A stretch of DNA of 63,953 nucleotides, the filler included. It is 4 parts of 4 records of this genome, joined end to end, with 100 filler letters (N's around TTAATTAATTAA, not from the genome) between each part and the next. Parts side by side here need not be neighbours in the genome. Positions count along the whole stretch, not along the records: positions 32,260 to 48,262 come from SRR31156797_7290; positions 48,363 to 63,953 come from SRR31156797_7304; 2 more parts are not named here. One strand, written 5' to 3'. Made by a program: the position numbers and the translations under genes. Positions 37,104 to 49,430 of this stretch are shown in pieces (the first letter of the stretch is position 1; each line of letters starts with the position of its first letter). The notes under the pieces were generated by a model, which saw only the letters and a list, made by a program, of their open reading frames with translations, searched no databases and had not been told where the DNA came from.

Positions 37104-40100
37104 TTACTGATCGCTGTCGATAGCGACCGGACTTTTCTTAAACTTCTCGCGCAAGGTTTGCATCATCACGAAAAATACCGGAGTCAGTAACGTTCCAATA
37201 AACGTGGATAAGATCATGCCGCCAAACACGGCAAAGCCGAGTGAATGACGAGAAGCTGCACCGGCACCTGAAGCAATTACCAGAGGGAAAACTCCCCAAA
37301 TGAATGCAAAAGCGGTCATTTGTACCGCTCTAAAACGGATTCGCGCCGCTTCTTTCGCCGCATCAAGTATCGACAGACCTTTGTTTTCTCGCAACACCTT
37401 GGCAAACTCGACGATTAAAATCGCGACTTTCGCCGACATGCCTATCAGAATGACGATGCCGATTTGCACATACAGGTCGAACGCTTGACCTGCCATAATC
37501 AAAGCGGCCACCGCTCCTAATACCGCGATGGGGACGGCCATCATAACTGCAACAGGAATCGTCCAACTTTCGTATTGAGCGACTAAGAACAGATAGGTGA
37601 ATATCAAGGATAAAGCGAAAGCGATAGGGGCTAGGTTACCGGCTTTCATCTCTTGGTATGTCATGCCTGACCATTCATAGGAGTAGCCACTCGGTAGCTT
37701 TTCAGCCGCGAGCTTTTCGATGGCTTTAACCACATCGCCAGAACTGTAGCCAGCGGCAGGAGCGCCATTGACCGTCGCTGCACTGAACATGTTGTAATTG
37801 GATAGTGTATCGGGACCGAAAGTCGGTTTGATTTTTATCAGCGTTCCCAATTGAACCATGTTGCCAGACGTACTCCGAACGTATAGACGATTGATGTCGT
37901 CGATGTTGTCGCGATTCTGCTGCTCTGCCTGCACTTTCACTTGGTAAGAACGACCGAACTTATTGAAGTCGGAGATATAGGCTCCACCGAGTTGCGATTG
38001 TAAGGTAGAGAAAACTTCACTAAGCGGTACGCCCAATGAAATGGCTTTATCGCGGTCGATATCGATAAAACGCTGTGGAATGTTAGCGCGGAAGATAGAA
38101 AATGCTCGCGCGACTTCGGGTAATTGATTTATCTGTGCGACAAAATCAGCTGTGGTTGTTGCCAGCTCTTGCGGCGAACGCCCTAAATTGTCTTGTAACA
38201 CTAAATTAAAGCCGTCAACGGCGCCCATCCCTTTGATCGCAGGGGTTGCAAACACAAATGAAGCAGCGTCCGGTGTACTATTAAGTAGTTGGCCAACTTT
38301 GTTCATCAATGCTCGCTGATGTAGAGCAGGATCTTTACGTTTACTCCAGTTATCTAATTTGATAATTAGCATTCCAGAGTTGGGTATCGATGCCATATTG
38401 ATCACCGAGAAACCCGCAACTGAAACGACATTCTCAACGCCTTCGATTTCTCTTAATTGGTTTACGTACTTTTCCATCAGTGGTGCTGTGCGTTGCAGAG
38501 CGGCGGCGTCTGGTAAACGCATCTCCACCATAAATACGCCTTTGTCTTCGTTAGGAACGAATGCCGAAGGAATAAGCATAAAGCTGTAGGCTAATGTCCC
38601 AAGCAGTGCACCATATATCGCAATGCTTAACAAAGTACGTTGACCAAGGAAGCCGACCAGTCCTTTGTATTTGGTCGTAATGGCATTAAAACCACGGTTA
38701 AAAGCACGTAATGGAGCAATCGGTGTTGAATGCTCTGATTTCAACATCAACGCGCACAGCGCTGGTGTTAATGTTAAGGCGTTAACTGCGGAGATTAATA
38801 CAGAAACACAGATGGTGACGGCAAACTGATTAAACATTTTACCCGATATACCAGGCAGCAACGCCACGGGAACAAATACGGCAAGCAGAATTAGCGTGGT
38901 TGCTAATACCGGCCCCGTCACTTCTTTCATCGCTTGGATTGTGGCGGGTATTGGCGCGAGGTGCTCTTCATGTATCACCCGTTCAACGTTCTCTACCACT
39001 ATGATTGCGTCATCGACCACGATCCCTATTGCCAGAATCAGGCCAAACAGTGAAATGGTGTTAATGGTCATGCCAATTACGTTCATTACCGCGAAAGTCG
39101 CGATAATTGATACTGGGATAGCTAGTGTTGGAATGATGGTCGCGCGCCAGTTCTGCAGGAACACATAAACGACCAATGTGACCAGTAGTACCGCGATAAC
39201 CAGAGTTTCATAAACTTCATCAATAGAGGTTTCAACATACTCGGTAGAGTCATAAGCAATGTCGTAAACCAGATCGTCAGGAAACGTCAGTTCATACTGT
39301 GTCATGGCTTTTTTTACCCGTTCCATGACAGCTAAAGCATTGGCCGTTGGCAACTGGTACAGAGCAAGAACCGCGGCAGGTTCATTATTCATTCGTCCGT
39401 CTGCTTCATAGCCCTGAGCACCAATTTCAACCCTCGCCACGTCTTTTAAGCGAATAAGAGAGCCGTTGGAGGCAGCTTTGATGATAATGTTTTCAAACTC
39501 TGCCGCCGTTTGTAGACGTCCTTTCACTTGCAACACATATTGATATTGTTGCTGATCCGGAGCAGGCATTCCCCCTATCTTACCTGCTGCAACTTGCACG
39601 TTCTGTGTTTTTACTGCACTGATCACATCTGATGCTGAAAGCTTGAGGGCCGCGAGTTTGTTTGGGCGTAACCAAATACGCATTGAATAGTCTTTCTTAC
39701 CCAGTAAGGTAATATCACTCATCCCTTCAATACGTTTTAGGCGCTCGACAACGTTTAAATCCGCGTAGTTGGACAGATAAATACTGTCATGAGTCTGCTT
39801 TGGTGAGCGTAAGGTAATGACTCCCAGCATGTCGGACGATTTCTTACGAACGGTAACCCCAATTTGATTCACTTCTTGAGGTAATGATGAGGAAGCTTGC
39901 GAGACGAGGTTATTGACTCGAACTTGCGCCATATCGCCGTCGGCACCGACTCTAAAATAAACTTTTAAAGTATAAGAGCCGTCGTTACCAATAACAGAAG
40001 ACATGTAAATCATATCTTCGACACCATTGACTTTGGCTTCTAGCGGTTGAGCGACGGTTTTCTTAACTACGTCAGCGCTGGCGCCTGGGTACATGGTGCT

Positions 40101-40238
40101 TACGGTAATCACGGTAGGTGAAATTTGTGGGTACTCTGAAACGGGCAGTACTTTTAGTGCAATCAGACCCATTAGAGTCATCGCCAGTGAAATCACCAGC
40201 GCAAACTTAGGTCGATAAATAAAAAATTTACTTAGCAT
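37104..40238 (-). CDS. RND efflux inner-membrane transporter (AcrB/HAE1 family)
   Basis: 1044 aa; [35 protein letters not shown]. Confidence 0.95.
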   Translation of the reverse strand: MLSKFFIYRPKFALVISLAMTLMGLIALKVLPVSEYPQISPTVITVSTMYPGASADVVKKTVAQPLEAKVNGVEDMIYMSSVIGNDGSYTLKVYFRVGADGDMAQVRVNNLVSQASSSLPQEVNQIGVTVRKKSSDMLGVITLRSPKQTHDSIYLSNYADLNVVERLKRIEGMSDITLLGKKDYSMRIWLRPNKLAALKLSASDVISAVKTQNVQVAAGKIGGMPAPDQQQYQYVLQVKGRLQTAAEFENIIIKAASNGSLIRLKDVARVEIGAQGYEADGRMNNEPAAVLALYQLPTANALAVMERVKKAMTQYELTFPDDLVYDIAYDSTEYVETSIDEVYETLVIAVLLVTLVVYVFLQNWRATIIPTLAIPVSIIATFAVMNVIGMTINTISLFGLILAIGIVVDDAIIVVENVERVIHEEHLAPIPATIQAMKEVTGPVLATTLILLAVFVPVALLPGISGKMFNQFAVTICVSVLISAVNALTLTPALCALMLKSEHSTPIAPLRAFNRGFNAITTKYKGLVGFLGQRTLLSIAIYGALLGTLAYSFMLIPSAFVPNEDKGVFMVEMRLPDAAALQRTAPLMEKYVNQLREIEGVENVVSVAGFSVINMASIPNSGMLIIKLDNWSKRKDPALHQRALMNKVGQLLNSTPDAASFVFATPAIKGMGAVDGFNLVLQDNLGRSPQELATTTADFVAQINQLPEVARAFSIFRANIPQRFIDIDRDKAISLGVPLSEVFSTLQSQLGGAYISDFNKFGRSYQVKVQAEQQNRDNIDDINRLYVRSTSGNMVQLGTLIKIKPTFGPDTLSNYNMFSAATVNGAPAAGYSSGDVVKAIEKLAAEKLPSGYSYEWSGMTYQEMKAGNLAPIAFALSLIFTYLFLVAQYESWTIPVAVMMAVPIAVLGAVAALIMAGQAFDLYVQIGIVILIGMSAKVAILIVEFAKVLRENKGLSILDAAKEAARIRFRAVQMTAFAFIWGVFPLVIASGAGAASRHSLGFAVFGGMILSTFIGTLLTPVFFVMMQTLREKFKKSPVAIDSDQ

Positions 40239-40255
40239 AATACTTGGGAACTCGG

Positions 40256-41395
40256 TTAGTTGGCAGAACTAGAGATTTCTCTCGCGACGACTTTTGAGCC
40301 AACGCGAACCTTTTGCAGGCCTTTGACGATGACCCTTTCATTTTCTGTCAAACCACTCATCACGGCTTTATTGGTTCCGTAGGTTTGTCCTAGTTCAACC
40401 ACACGGCGATCAACCGCACTCTGCTCGTCTACCACCATCACATAATTGCCAGATTGGTCTTGCTGAACAGCAGCAGATGGCACCAGTAAGCCTTCGATGG
40501 TTCTGCCTTTTAACTTGATGGTTAAGTTCCCATATTCACCGGGCATGAGTGAATAATTTGGGTTGGCAAAGGTCGCTTCTGCTTGGATAGAACCGGTATC
40601 GAGATCGATTTTGTTACCCATTGCATACATGTCGCCATTAATTGGATAGGTGCTGCCGTCTGATAGAGTCAGAGCCAAATCAACATCAAGGTTGCCATCT
40701 TCTGCTCTCACGGCATCGACAACGTTGCGTATACGTCGATAAAGTTGCTCATCAATATTGAATCGAAAGTGGATTGGGTCGATTTGCGTTAGTGAGATTA
40801 AAGGCTTTAGCTGTAGCGTTGTAATACGGTCACCGACATGATAATTGCTATATCCAACGCGACCTGAAAAAGGAGCGCGAATAGTAGAAAACTCAAGGTC
40901 AAGCTTTGCGGCAAGTAACGAAGCTTCAGCTTCTTTAACCGATGCATTCGCCGTGGCTTGCTTAGCAATCGCATCATCATATTGCTGCTCGCTTATGCTT
41001 TTGTCTTTAATGAGCTTTTTCGCTCTTTCGGCTTCACGGTTCGCCAATGACTGTTCGACGCGCGTCTTTTGTAATGAAGCTTTTGCGTACTCTAATGACG
41101 CCTTATATGGGCGAGGGTCGATTTGAAAAAGGACTTGGCCTTTTTCAACTAGATCGCCGTCTTTGAAGTGTACTTCGGTCAGCTCGCCGTTCACTCTTGG
41201 CATAATATCAATGTCGTTTTCTGCAACGGTTCTTCCGATAAAAGTATGGTAAGGAGTGATATCAGAAGTGTGCATGATGACGGTTTCAACCACAGGGGGT
41301 GCTGGCTGCTGCTGTTGCACTGGATCTTTGCATCCCAAAAGGAACAAGGGAGTGACTGCTATTAGAGCCAGTATGTGTTTGTTGTCTAATCTCAT
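40256..41395 (-). CDS. RND periplasmic adaptor (MFP) lipoprotein
   Basis: Lipobox LLGC; G..V.KGQ.LFQIDP, IRAPFSG, VPSAAV. Confidence 0.93.
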   Translation of the reverse strand: MRLDNKHILALIAVTPLFLLGCKDPVQQQQPAPPVVETVIMHTSDITPYHTFIGRTVAENDIDIMPRVNGELTEVHFKDGDLVEKGQVLFQIDPRPYKASLEYAKASLQKTRVEQSLANREAERAKKLIKDKSISEQQYDDAIAKQATANASVKEAEASLLAAKLDLEFSTIRAPFSGRVGYSNYHVGDRITTLQLKPLISLTQIDPIHFRFNIDEQLYRRIRNVVDAVRAEDGNLDVDLALTLSDGSTYPINGDMYAMGNKIDLDTGSIQAEATFANPNYSLMPGEYGNLTIKLKGRTIEGLLVPSAAVQQDQSGNYVMVVDEQSAVDRRVVELGQTYGTNKAVMSGLTENERVIVKGLQKVRVGSKVVAREISSSAN

Positions 41396-41561
41396 GGTAA
41401 TAACCTTTATAAAGTAGGGTTAATTTTTTAGCGCAGATTGGTACTGTCATTTAGGTGCTCATTCGGTGAATAGACAACGCAGTTAACCTTCAGGACCTCG
41501 GTGGAAGTTTCATTCCAAAGTAACCTGATGATTGATATTTTTAGTTTATTTTTTAGATAGT

Positions 41562-41598
41562 TAATTTCAGATGTAACAAAGTATTACATCTGAAATTA
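41562..41598. promoter_or_regulatory. Perfect 15-bp inverted repeat, candidate operator
   Basis: TAATTTCAGATGTAA-N7-TTACATCTGAAATTA upstream of the efflux operon. Confidence 0.55.
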
Positions 41599-41702
41599 GG
41601 CGAGATAATATAGGAAAATTCTTAAGAGAAATGTCTGTTAAGTGCTAATTTACTCAATTACTCAGGAAAGTCGTTCTTGCCTATTTGGCAACTTGGTTAC
41701 CT

Positions 41703-42983
41703 CTAATTGATAAAACAGTCATCATTCAACAGTGCTGCTTGGATTGCTGCGAAAAGGGCTTTCAGATGTTCTGGCTGGCTAATGTAAGGGGGCATAATGT
41801 AAATCAAACGGCCAAAAGGTCGAATCCATACACCATATTCAACAAACAGGGCTTGGATAACTTCCATATTCACGGGCTTGTGAGTTTCTATGACGCCAAT
41901 TGCGCCCAGATAGCGCACTTGTTTGACATTGGAATAAGTTTCAAACTGTACTAACTCATTCGCTAACAACGCTTCAATCTGAGCCACTTGTTGCTGCCAT
42001 TCGCCAGTCGCGATGAGATCCAAACTTGCGGCTGCAACAGCACAAGCTAATGGGTTACCCATAAAGGTTGGGCCATGCATAAAGCAACCCGCATCACCTC
42101 CACACACGGTATCGGCGACGTTTTGGCTTGTTAAGGTCGCTGATAATGTCATATAGCCACCCGTTAATGCCTTGCCGACACATAGAATATCAGGCTGAAT
42201 GCCGGCGTGTTCACAGGCGAACAGTTTGCCCGTTCGACCAAACCCTGTTGCAATTTCGTCCAGAATGAGTAACAGGTTGTACTCATCACAAAGCTGCCTC
42301 ACCTGGCGTAAGAATTCTGGGTGATAGATACGCATCCCACCCGCTCCCTGGACAATAGGCTCCAAAATGACCGCTGCGATTTGCTGATGGTTTTGAGTGA
42401 GCTTATTGCGAAAATCTTCGATGTCAGAATCATTCCATGGTTGCCAAAAGTTTCCTTGCGGAGACTCAGCAAAAATGTGCTCGGGCAGGAAGCCTTTGTA
42501 AAGGCTATGCATTGAGTTATCAGGGTCAGTTACCGACATCGCGGCGAAGGTATCGCCATGATAGCCGTGTCGTAACGTTAGGAACTTTGAGCGGCTTTCT
42601 CCTTTCGCGTGCCAATACTGCAACGCCATTTTAAGGCTCACTTCCACGGCTACTGAGCCAGAATCGGCTAAAAACACTTGTTCTAAGTTACTCGGAGTCA
42701 GCGAACGCAGCTTTTTGCATACATCGATGGCTGGCTGATGAGTTATCCCGCCGAACATTACATGCGACATCTTATCAATTTGACCGTGAGCTGCGGCATT
42801 CAGAACAGGGTGGTTGTAGCCGTGAATCGCTGACCACCATGACGACATGCCATCAACAAGCCGCTGCCCTTGTTCTAAGTAAAGATGAACGCCTTCTGCA
42901 TGAGTGATGGGATAGCAGGTCAGAGGTGTCAGAGTTGAAGTGTAAGGATGCCAGATGTGCTGGCGGTCAAAGGCCAAATCCAT
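41703..42983 (-). CDS. bioA: Adenosylmethionine-8-amino-7-oxononanoate aminotransferase
   Basis: HIWHPYT, DGMSSWW, SGSVAVEVSLK, YHGDT, DEIATGFGRTG, GKALTGGY. Confidence 0.97.
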   Translation of the reverse strand: MDLAFDRQHIWHPYTSTLTPLTCYPITHAEGVHLYLEQGQRLVDGMSSWWSAIHGYNHPVLNAAAHGQIDKMSHVMFGGITHQPAIDVCKKLRSLTPSNLEQVFLADSGSVAVEVSLKMALQYWHAKGESRSKFLTLRHGYHGDTFAAMSVTDPDNSMHSLYKGFLPEHIFAESPQGNFWQPWNDSDIEDFRNKLTQNHQQIAAVILEPIVQGAGGMRIYHPEFLRQVRQLCDEYNLLLILDEIATGFGRTGKLFACEHAGIQPDILCVGKALTGGYMTLSATLTSQNVADTVCGGDAGCFMHGPTFMGNPLACAVAAASLDLIATGEWQQQVAQIEALLANELVQFETYSNVKQVRYLGAIGVIETHKPVNMEVIQALFVEYGVWIRPFGRLIYIMPPYISQPEHLKALFAAIQAALLNDDCFIN

Positions 42984-43023
42984 AAAAATTCTTATATCTC
43001 GATGTGATTAAAAAACAACCAAA

Positions 43024-43054
43024 TGTAAATCTTAGTAATTTGTTAGTGTTGACA
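43024..43054. promoter_or_regulatory. BirA operator (bioO) overlapping the bioB promoter
   Basis: TGTAAATC-N15-TGTTGACA between divergent bioA and bioB; TTGACA(43049)-N16-TAGACT(43071) sigma70-like promoter. Confidence 0.75.
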
Positions 43055-43179
43055 GTCTAACCTTTGTGGTTAGACTAACCAAGCTTAAATAGTGACAATT
43101 GCTCGGTTTTTATACAGAAGATGAGTTGGAAGAGCCGGCAATATAGGTTGAAGAACATAATTAAAATTAAGGATTACAC

Positions 43180-44232
43180 GTGGAAGTTCGTCATAATTGG
43201 ACAGTGGCTGAAGTAAAAGCACTGCTTGAAAAACCGTTTATGGATCTGTTGTTTGAAGCTCAGTTAGTTCACCGTCAGTATCAACCTCACAACCATGTTC
43301 AAGTGAGCACTTTGCTTTCGATAAAAACCGGAGCATGTCCAGAAGATTGCAAGTATTGCCCTCAAAGTGCTCACTATCGTACGGATGTTGATAAAGAGCG
43401 ATTGATGGAAGTTGAGCGTGTGTTGGACGCGGCACGTAAAGCAAAGAACTCTGGCTCGACGCGTTTCTGTATGGGCGCTGCGTGGAAGAATCCTAAAAGC
43501 CGTGATATGCCTTATCTCAAAGAGATGATCTCTGGGGTTAAAGGCATGGGACTGGAAACCTGTATGACATTGGGAATGCTCAATGCAGATCAGGCAAGCG
43601 AGCTGGCTGATGCTGGACTTGATTACTACAACCATAATCTTGATACCTCGCCGGAGTTCTACGGCAACATTATTACCACTCGAACCTATCAGGACCGACT
43701 TGATACGCTTTCTCATGTTCGTGATGCCGGTATGAAAATTTGTTCAGGTGGAATCATCGGAATGGGCGAAAGTACTAATGACCGAGCGGGCCTATTGGTT
43801 GAGCTAGCCAACTTATCGGTTCAACCAGAAAGCGTGCCAATTAACATGTTGGTGAAAGTTAAAGGGACACCTTTAGAGGAAGTGGAAGACGTAGAGCCGT
43901 TCGACTTTGTTCGTCTAATCGCTGTTGCGCGAATCATGATGCCAAAATCCGCAGTGCGTTTGTCTGCGGGCCGTGAAAAAATGAATGAGCAAATGCAGGC
44001 ACTGTGCTTTATGGCCGGCGCGAACTCTATTTTCTATGGCTGTAAGCTACTTACCACACCCAATCCAGCAGAAGACAGCGATATGTTGCTGTTTAAAAAG
44101 CTCGGTATTAACAGCCAGCAAGTGGCGCAAAAACCGGATGAGATTACAGAAAATGAACTGCTAGACCGCGTTGTTGAGCGAGTAGCATCTCGACCAAGTT
44201 CTGATGACTTATTCTATGACGCAACAGTTTAA
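43180..44232 (+). CDS. bioB: Biotin synthase
   Basis: [27 protein letters not shown]. Confidence 0.98.
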   Translation: MEVRHNWTVAEVKALLEKPFMDLLFEAQLVHRQYQPHNHVQVSTLLSIKTGACPEDCKYCPQSAHYRTDVDKERLMEVERVLDAARKAKNSGSTRFCMGAAWKNPKSRDMPYLKEMISGVKGMGLETCMTLGMLNADQASELADAGLDYYNHNLDTSPEFYGNIITTRTYQDRLDTLSHVRDAGMKICSGGIIGMGESTNDRAGLLVELANLSVQPESVPINMLVKVKGTPLEEVEDVEPFDFVRLIAVARIMMPKSAVRLSAGREKMNEQMQALCFMAGANSIFYGCKLLTTPNPAEDSDMLLFKKLGINSQQVAQKPDEITENELLDRVVERVASRPSSDDLFYDATV

Positions 44233-45370
44233 GCGACGAATTCAAACTGCATTGTCGGAGCGAGAAAGCCGAGGACTGACTCGCTCAATTCAAGTGGTGA
44301 GTGGGGGGAATCAAACCCAAGCAGAGTGTCGCAACTCTCGGTTTATCAATTTTTCAAGTAATGACTATTTAGGCTTGGCTAACGACAGTGAACTGATTGG
44401 CGCTTGGCAACAAGGGTTAGACCTTTATGGCGCAGGCAGTGGTGCTTCGCCGTTAGTGACAGGCTTTTCGCCTGCACATGCCAGTTTAGAAAGCGCTTTG
44501 TGTGAATGGTTAGGCTATGAGCGAGCGATCCTGTTTGGTTCAGGATTCAGCGCCAATCAGGCGGTGTTGTTTACTCTGTTAGGCAAGGGTGATCTGCTTA
44601 TTCAAGATAAGCTCAACCATGCCTCACTGATGGAAGCCGGAATGTTAACTGAAGCGACCATGAAGCGTTTCAAACACAATGATGTTGCCCATTTAGAGAA
44701 ACTGCTTTATTCACAGAACGATGCTTTGGTGGTTACTGAAGGGGTTTTCAGTATGGATGGCGACTTAGCTCCCTTAACTGACATTCACCGTTCAACGCGG
44801 GATAAAGCATGGTTAATGGTTGATGATGCTCATGGTATTGGTGTTTTGGGTGAGCGAGGTGCGGGAAGTTGTAGTCAATCAGCAGTAAAACCGGAACTGT
44901 TGGTCGTGACATTCGGTAAGGCATTTGGCCTATCGGGTGCAGCAGTATTATGCAGTGAAGACGTCGGCAACTATTTCACGCAGTTTGCTCGTCACCATGT
45001 GTATTCAACGGCCATGCCTCCCTCTCAAGCTCACGCGATTACCCATGCTATTCATATGATTCAAACCCAAGAGTGGCGTCGTGAAAAGCTGCAAGAGCTG
45101 TCCACTACTTATGATGAAAAATTCAGTGGGATGAAAGGCTATGTTGCAACCGAAACTCCGATCAAACCGTTTGTTTTAGGGCACTCTCAATCTGCGGTTG
45201 ATGTTGCGAGAGAGCTGAAGCAGGCGGGCTATTGGATGACTGCGATTCGTCCACCCACTGTGGCTGAAGGTTCTGCAAGACTGCGAATCACGCTGACTGC
45301 GAATCACAGTGTTCATCAAGTTGCCCAGTTATCAGAGGCTTTAGAGCGAAGTATGGAGTCAAGTCTATGA
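44216..45370 (+). CDS. bioF: 8-amino-7-oxononanoate synthase
   Basis: [36 protein letters not shown]. Confidence 0.96.
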   Translation: MTQQFKRRIQTALSERESRGLTRSIQVVSGGNQTQAECRNSRFINFSSNDYLGLANDSELIGAWQQGLDLYGAGSGASPLVTGFSPAHASLESALCEWLGYERAILFGSGFSANQAVLFTLLGKGDLLIQDKLNHASLMEAGMLTEATMKRFKHNDVAHLEKLLYSQNDALVVTEGVFSMDGDLAPLTDIHRSTRDKAWLMVDDAHGIGVLGERGAGSCSQSAVKPELLVVTFGKAFGLSGAAVLCSEDVGNYFTQFARHHVYSTAMPPSQAHAITHAIHMIQTQEWRREKLQELSTTYDEKFSGMKGYVATETPIKPFVLGHSQSAVDVARELKQAGYWMTAIRPPTVAEGSARLRITLTANHSVHQVAQLSEALERSMESSL

Positions 45371-46170
45371 GCGAACTCGCAATGCGTACCTTTGAGGAAA
45401 GCAAAGATAAAATTGCGATTGCAAATGCATTTAGTAGAGCCGCGGCCACCTATGATAAGCATGCAGCATTTCAAAGAGATGTGGGGCATCGGCTAATTGA
45501 TCTGTTACCTAATGATTTATCGGGCTTGCGAGTTTTAGATTTAGGTTGTGGTACCGGCTATTTCTCCAATCAGTTAAAGCAACTCGGAGCCACCGTGGTT
45601 TGTGCGGATTTGTCTGCTGCGATGTTAGACCAAGCTCGTGAGCGCTGTGGTGACGAAGGAATGACTTATGTACTGGCCGATGCTGAACTGTTGCCTTTTG
45701 ATGATGGTGAATTTGATCTTGTGTTTTCAAGTCTGGCGCTTCAGTGGTGCGATGATTTATCGATACCCATTAGAGAGATGCGCCGAGTACTGAATCAACA
45801 AGGTTCGGGTTACTTTTCCACACTTGTGGATGGCTCGCTGACTGAGCTGAAGCAGGCGTGGAGAAAAATTGACTCTCATCAACATGTGAATGACTTCATA
45901 AGCTTCAATCAGGTAAAAATTGCGTTAGCGCAAGCTCAAAGCCGTGAGCATCACTTAAACTTGGCCAAAGTGACGGTTTGGTATGATTCTGCATTCGATT
46001 TAATGCGTGATTTAAAGGGCATTGGCGCGAATCATATCAGTACACGTACTCATGGGTTGACGGGAAGAAAGGCTCTGATTCAAGTGGAACAGGCCTATGA
46101 GCAGTTTCGAAGTCAGCAAGGTTCTTTACCTGCAACATATCAGGTTTGTTTAGGGGTTATTTATCGATGA
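45367..46170 (+). CDS. bioC: Malonyl-ACP O-methyltransferase
   Basis: [29 protein letters not shown]; operon position. Confidence 0.95.
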   Translation: MSELAMRTFEESKDKIAIANAFSRAAATYDKHAAFQRDVGHRLIDLLPNDLSGLRVLDLGCGTGYFSNQLKQLGATVVCADLSAAMLDQARERCGDEGMTYVLADAELLPFDDGEFDLVFSSLALQWCDDLSIPIREMRRVLNQQGSGYFSTLVDGSLTELKQAWRKIDSHQHVNDFISFNQVKIALAQAQSREHHLNLAKVTVWYDSAFDLMRDLKGIGANHISTRTHGLTGRKALIQVEQAYEQFRSQQGSLPATYQVCLGVIYR

Positions 46171-46862
46171 TTAGTTCATTGTTTATTGCGGGTACGGATA
46201 CCGATGTTGGTAAAACAGTTGCTTCGAAAGCGATACTTCAAGCTATCGCAAGTAAGGGATATACAACAATTGGGTTTAAACCTGTGGCCGCAGGTTGTGA
46301 CAGAACAGAACATGGGTTGCGAAATTCAGATGCACTTCATTTAATGAAAGCGGCAACGCAAGAATTACCTTATGAAGATGTGAATCCATATGCTTTAGAG
46401 CTACCTGCTTCACCGCATATTGCGGCAAAACATCATAAATTAGAGATCGACTACCAAGTGTTAAGCGAGAAGCTTAAGTACCTGCAGTCGAAAGCCGATA
46501 CCGTTCTGGTCGAAGGTGCTGGTGGATGGCGTGTTCCAGTGTCAGATACTGATTGTCTCTCTTCATGGGTACAGCAAGAAAAATTGCCTGTGGTACTTGT
46601 TGTTGGTGTCAAACTTGGGTGTTTGAGCCACGCACTACTGACGGCAGAAAGTATTGAAGCTGATGGATTGAACATTGTTGGCTGGGTGGCAAACCGAATC
46701 AACCCAGGTACCGAGCATTATGCAGAGATCATTGAAGTTTTAGAGAAGCGTTTAAATGCGCCTAAGCTGGGTGAAATTCCATATGTACCAAGTGCTAAGC
46801 GTAGTGAACTTGGTAAATACATCAACTTAGAACCGTTGATGGAAGCAGAAACGGTCGCTTAA
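46167..46862 (+). CDS. bioD: Dethiobiotin synthetase
   Basis: [30 protein letters not shown] overlap with bioC. Confidence 0.96.
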   Translation: MISSLFIAGTDTDVGKTVASKAILQAIASKGYTTIGFKPVAAGCDRTEHGLRNSDALHLMKAATQELPYEDVNPYALELPASPHIAAKHHKLEIDYQVLSEKLKYLQSKADTVLVEGAGGWRVPVSDTDCLSSWVQQEKLPVVLVVGVKLGCLSHALLTAESIEADGLNIVGWVANRINPGTEHYAEIIEVLEKRLNAPKLGEIPYVPSAKRSELGKYINLEPLMEAETVA

Positions 46863-46886
46863 TCAATCAAGTGATTGTTAAAAATA

Positions 46887-46912
46887 GAAAGGGCTGCATT
46901 CGCAGCCCTTTC
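46887..46912. terminator. Bidirectional intrinsic terminator after bioD
   Basis: GAAAGGGCTGC-ATTC-GCAGCCCTTTC. Confidence 0.8.
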
Positions 46913-46926
46913 GTGATTCTATGGTG

Positions 46927-47100
46927 CTAAATTTCTTTACCCATACCAAGCATTGCGAATGCCTGCTGAGTTTCTGAAATGTGCTGTTGAACCGTTTGTT
47001 CTTGGCCAATACCTAATTGCACTTTAGCTTCTTCTTCTGTTAGTCCTAGATGGCAGCGTAGCAAATCAATTGCCATTTTATAACTTTGAGCTTCAGCCAT
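46927..47100 (-). CDS. Small hypothetical protein (about 57 aa)
   Basis: AAGGAA RBS before ATG 47100 (MAEAQSYKMAIDLLRCHLG); ends at the shared terminator. Confidence 0.65.
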   Translation of the reverse strand: MAEAQSYKMAIDLLRCHLGLTEEEAKVQLGIGQEQTVQQHISETQQAFAMLGMGKEI

Positions 47101-47354
47101 GATCATTTCCTTGGTTATGATATCTCTATTGCACTGAGCGAAATTTAGTCTCTTTTCCAATTTGTCTCAATAAGACAAAAGTCTAATGTGTGGCACATCG
47201 GATCTGTTAAATTTAATTGACATTAAATGTTTCAATTTAACACTTAACCTTGTTTTTTAAATAGCAGACACTATCTATTAGAAAAATGCTGATGCTTTTA
47301 GGTGAAGGTCCCAAGCAATCAGTGCATAGTCAGTTTTCCTTATGGAGATAATTA

Positions 47355-48221
47355 ATGAAACGAATATTGTTATTCTTGGCAACGAACCTTGCGGTTGTAA
47401 TGGTTTTGAGTGTTGTTTTGAATATTGTTTATGCCACGACAGGGATGCAACCGGGTAGTCTATCGGGCTTACTGGTGATGGCAGCCGTATTTGGTTTTGG
47501 CGGTTCGTTTATTTCACTTCTTTTGTCGAAGAAGATGGCATTACGCTCAGTGGGCGGTGTTGCGATTGAAAGTCCGCGTAATGAGATGGAACACTGGCTA
47601 CTAGAAACAGTGAAGCGTCAATCACAGCAAGCAGGTATTGGAATGCCGACGGTTGCTATCTACGATTCACCTGATATGAACGCTTTTGCTACGGGTGCTA
47701 AACGCAATGATTCTCTAGTGGCTGTCTCTACGGGACTGTTACACAACATGACTCGCGATGAAGCTGAAGCGGTGTTAGCGCATGAAGTGAGCCATATTGC
47801 TAACGGTGATATGGTGACAATGACACTAATGCAAGGTGTCGTGAATACATTCGTCATCTTCCTATCTCGCTTTATTGCTAATATTGTGGCTTCACGCGAC
47901 AGCGATGAAGAAGGCCAGGGAAGCAGCATGATGGTTTACTTTGCCGTGTCTATGGTCTTGGAGCTTGTACTCGGGTTTTTGGCGAGCTTCATTACAATGT
48001 GGTACAGCCGTCATCGTGAGTTTCATGCTGATGCAGGGGCTGCGGAGCTAGTCGGTAAACATAAAATGATTGCAGCGCTTGAGCGTTTAAAAATGAGTTA
48101 CGAGCCGCAGCTCGAAGGTTCTATGATGGCATTCGGTATTAACGGTAAGCGTACCATGACTGAATTACTCATGAGTCATCCTCCATTAGATAAGCGTATT
48201 GAAGCATTACGTAACTCTTAA
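47355..48221 (+). CDS. htpX: Membrane zinc protease HtpX
   Basis: [38 protein letters not shown]. Confidence 0.97.
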   Translation: MKRILLFLATNLAVVMVLSVVLNIVYATTGMQPGSLSGLLVMAAVFGFGGSFISLLLSKKMALRSVGGVAIESPRNEMEHWLLETVKRQSQQAGIGMPTVAIYDSPDMNAFATGAKRNDSLVAVSTGLLHNMTRDEAEAVLAHEVSHIANGDMVTMTLMQGVVNTFVIFLSRFIANIVASRDSDEEGQGSSMMVYFAVSMVLELVLGFLASFITMWYSRHREFHADAGAAELVGKHKMIAALERLKMSYEPQLEGSMMAFGINGKRTMTELLMSHPPLDKRIEALRNS

Positions 48222-48233
48222 GTTCATTAGTAA

Positions 48234-48262
48234 CTAGGGTCTGTTGACCTTTTGAGGTTAAA
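48234..48262. mobile_element. Probable terminus of an IS/MITE-like repeat at the contig end
   Basis: CTAG followed by GGTCTGTTGACCTTTTGAGGTTAAA, resembling repeat ends I recall from Vibrio/Shewanella; contig breaks here; only 29 nt visible. Confidence 0.4.
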
Positions 48263-48362
48263 NNNNNNNNNNNNNNNNNNNNNNNNNNNNNNNNNNNNNN
48301 NNNNNNTTAATTAATTAANNNNNNNNNNNNNNNNNNNNNNNNNNNNNNNNNNNNNNNNNNNN
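48263..48362. other. Artificial contig-joining spacer
   Basis: N44-TTAATTAATTAA-N44. Confidence 0.97.
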
Positions 48363-49196
48363 AATGCCATCGGCACTTTCGATGGGCGGTGCGGACCGGT
48401 CCTGTTGGCATCGGGCAACGGCCTCTACATCGATCTGTTCGGCGAAAGTTTCATCCGTGGCGTTCCGGACGGAACCGCCCTGTCGGGGATTCATCTTCAT
48501 GTCGTGAACCCAACGGCTGAGTCGGAAGGTCTGCTTGCGACGCTTGCAGCCAGCTCCACCGTACCGCTGAGCTGGACTACCGAGAAATGCGAAGCCGGCT
48601 TAGCATATCTCGCTTGTGCGCGTTTCATCATTGCGGGTCGGGTGATGCGCCGTGTGAAACGCGATCTGATAATTGCCGATCTCGATGGAACCTTCATCAC
48701 GCCGGAAGCTTTGGATTGCCGGTTTATGCTTGGCGAGGCCGATGCCGGGCTATTCGAGAACGCGGAAGCAACCGAACTTCAGCAGATATGCCATTGTTCC
48801 ATATCCTATTGGCGGCATTCGGAACGCACGGAAAAGTTCTTGGATTTGCTGGCGCATTACAATCTTGATCGGTTGTCCGCCACGGATTGCTTTTGGATGC
48901 TCGATCAGTTGTCGCTGTTCGTCCTGTCCCGCCGGGCGCATCGCGGCGAGTTTGACGATATCCTGGGTTCACGAGGTTTCGTTTGGGCCGATCTTTCAGA
49001 AAAGCACGGTGACCGCGGAAATTTTCAGCGTGACACCGAAATGCCACGCGATAAGAAATATTCCGTCCGCCGGCGCCATCAGGACAATTTCTTTGCCATA
49101 AAGGAATGTTCGATCGCCATGTTGAACGGACGCCTGAATCCGAATTGTCCATCACCGGGTAAATTCAAGCACCATGGATGCCCCTATCGGGATTGA
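48363..49196 (+). CDS. Hypothetical protein, possibly nucleotide-diphospho-sugar transferase-like, 5'-truncated
   Basis: Frame open from the contig start; Y.ACARF, IIADLD (DxD) and W.LDQ.SL pattern. Confidence 0.5.
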   Translation, partial: NAIGTFDGRCGPVLLASGNGLYIDLFGESFIRGVPDGTALSGIHLHVVNPTAESEGLLATLAASSTVPLSWTTEKCEAGLAYLACARFIIAGRVMRRVKRDLIIADLDGTFITPEALDCRFMLGEADAGLFENAEATELQQICHCSISYWRHSERTEKFLDLLAHYNLDRLSATDCFWMLDQLSLFVLSRRAHRGEFDDILGSRGFVWADLSEKHGDRGNFQRDTEMPRDKKYSVRRRHQDNFFAIKECSIAMLNGRLNPNCPSPGKFKHHGCPYRD

Positions 49197-49430
49197 GAGA
49201 GCTCCCCGATTCAGCGGTTGATCCGCGTTTGCGTTTTTTAGGTATTGCAGGCGCAAAAGTTCGATGTCGGTCGCCTTTACCTGCATTCGGAGCAGGATGA
49301 GCCCGTCCAAAACTGACGTCGACCGGCATGAAATTGCCCGTGCCTTCTTGGCGATTGTGACTCTATAAATATTGCGATCTGCTGTGTACGATTGGGGTCG
49401 TTCGTCGCGGCGCCAAGGAAAGGCTATGGA

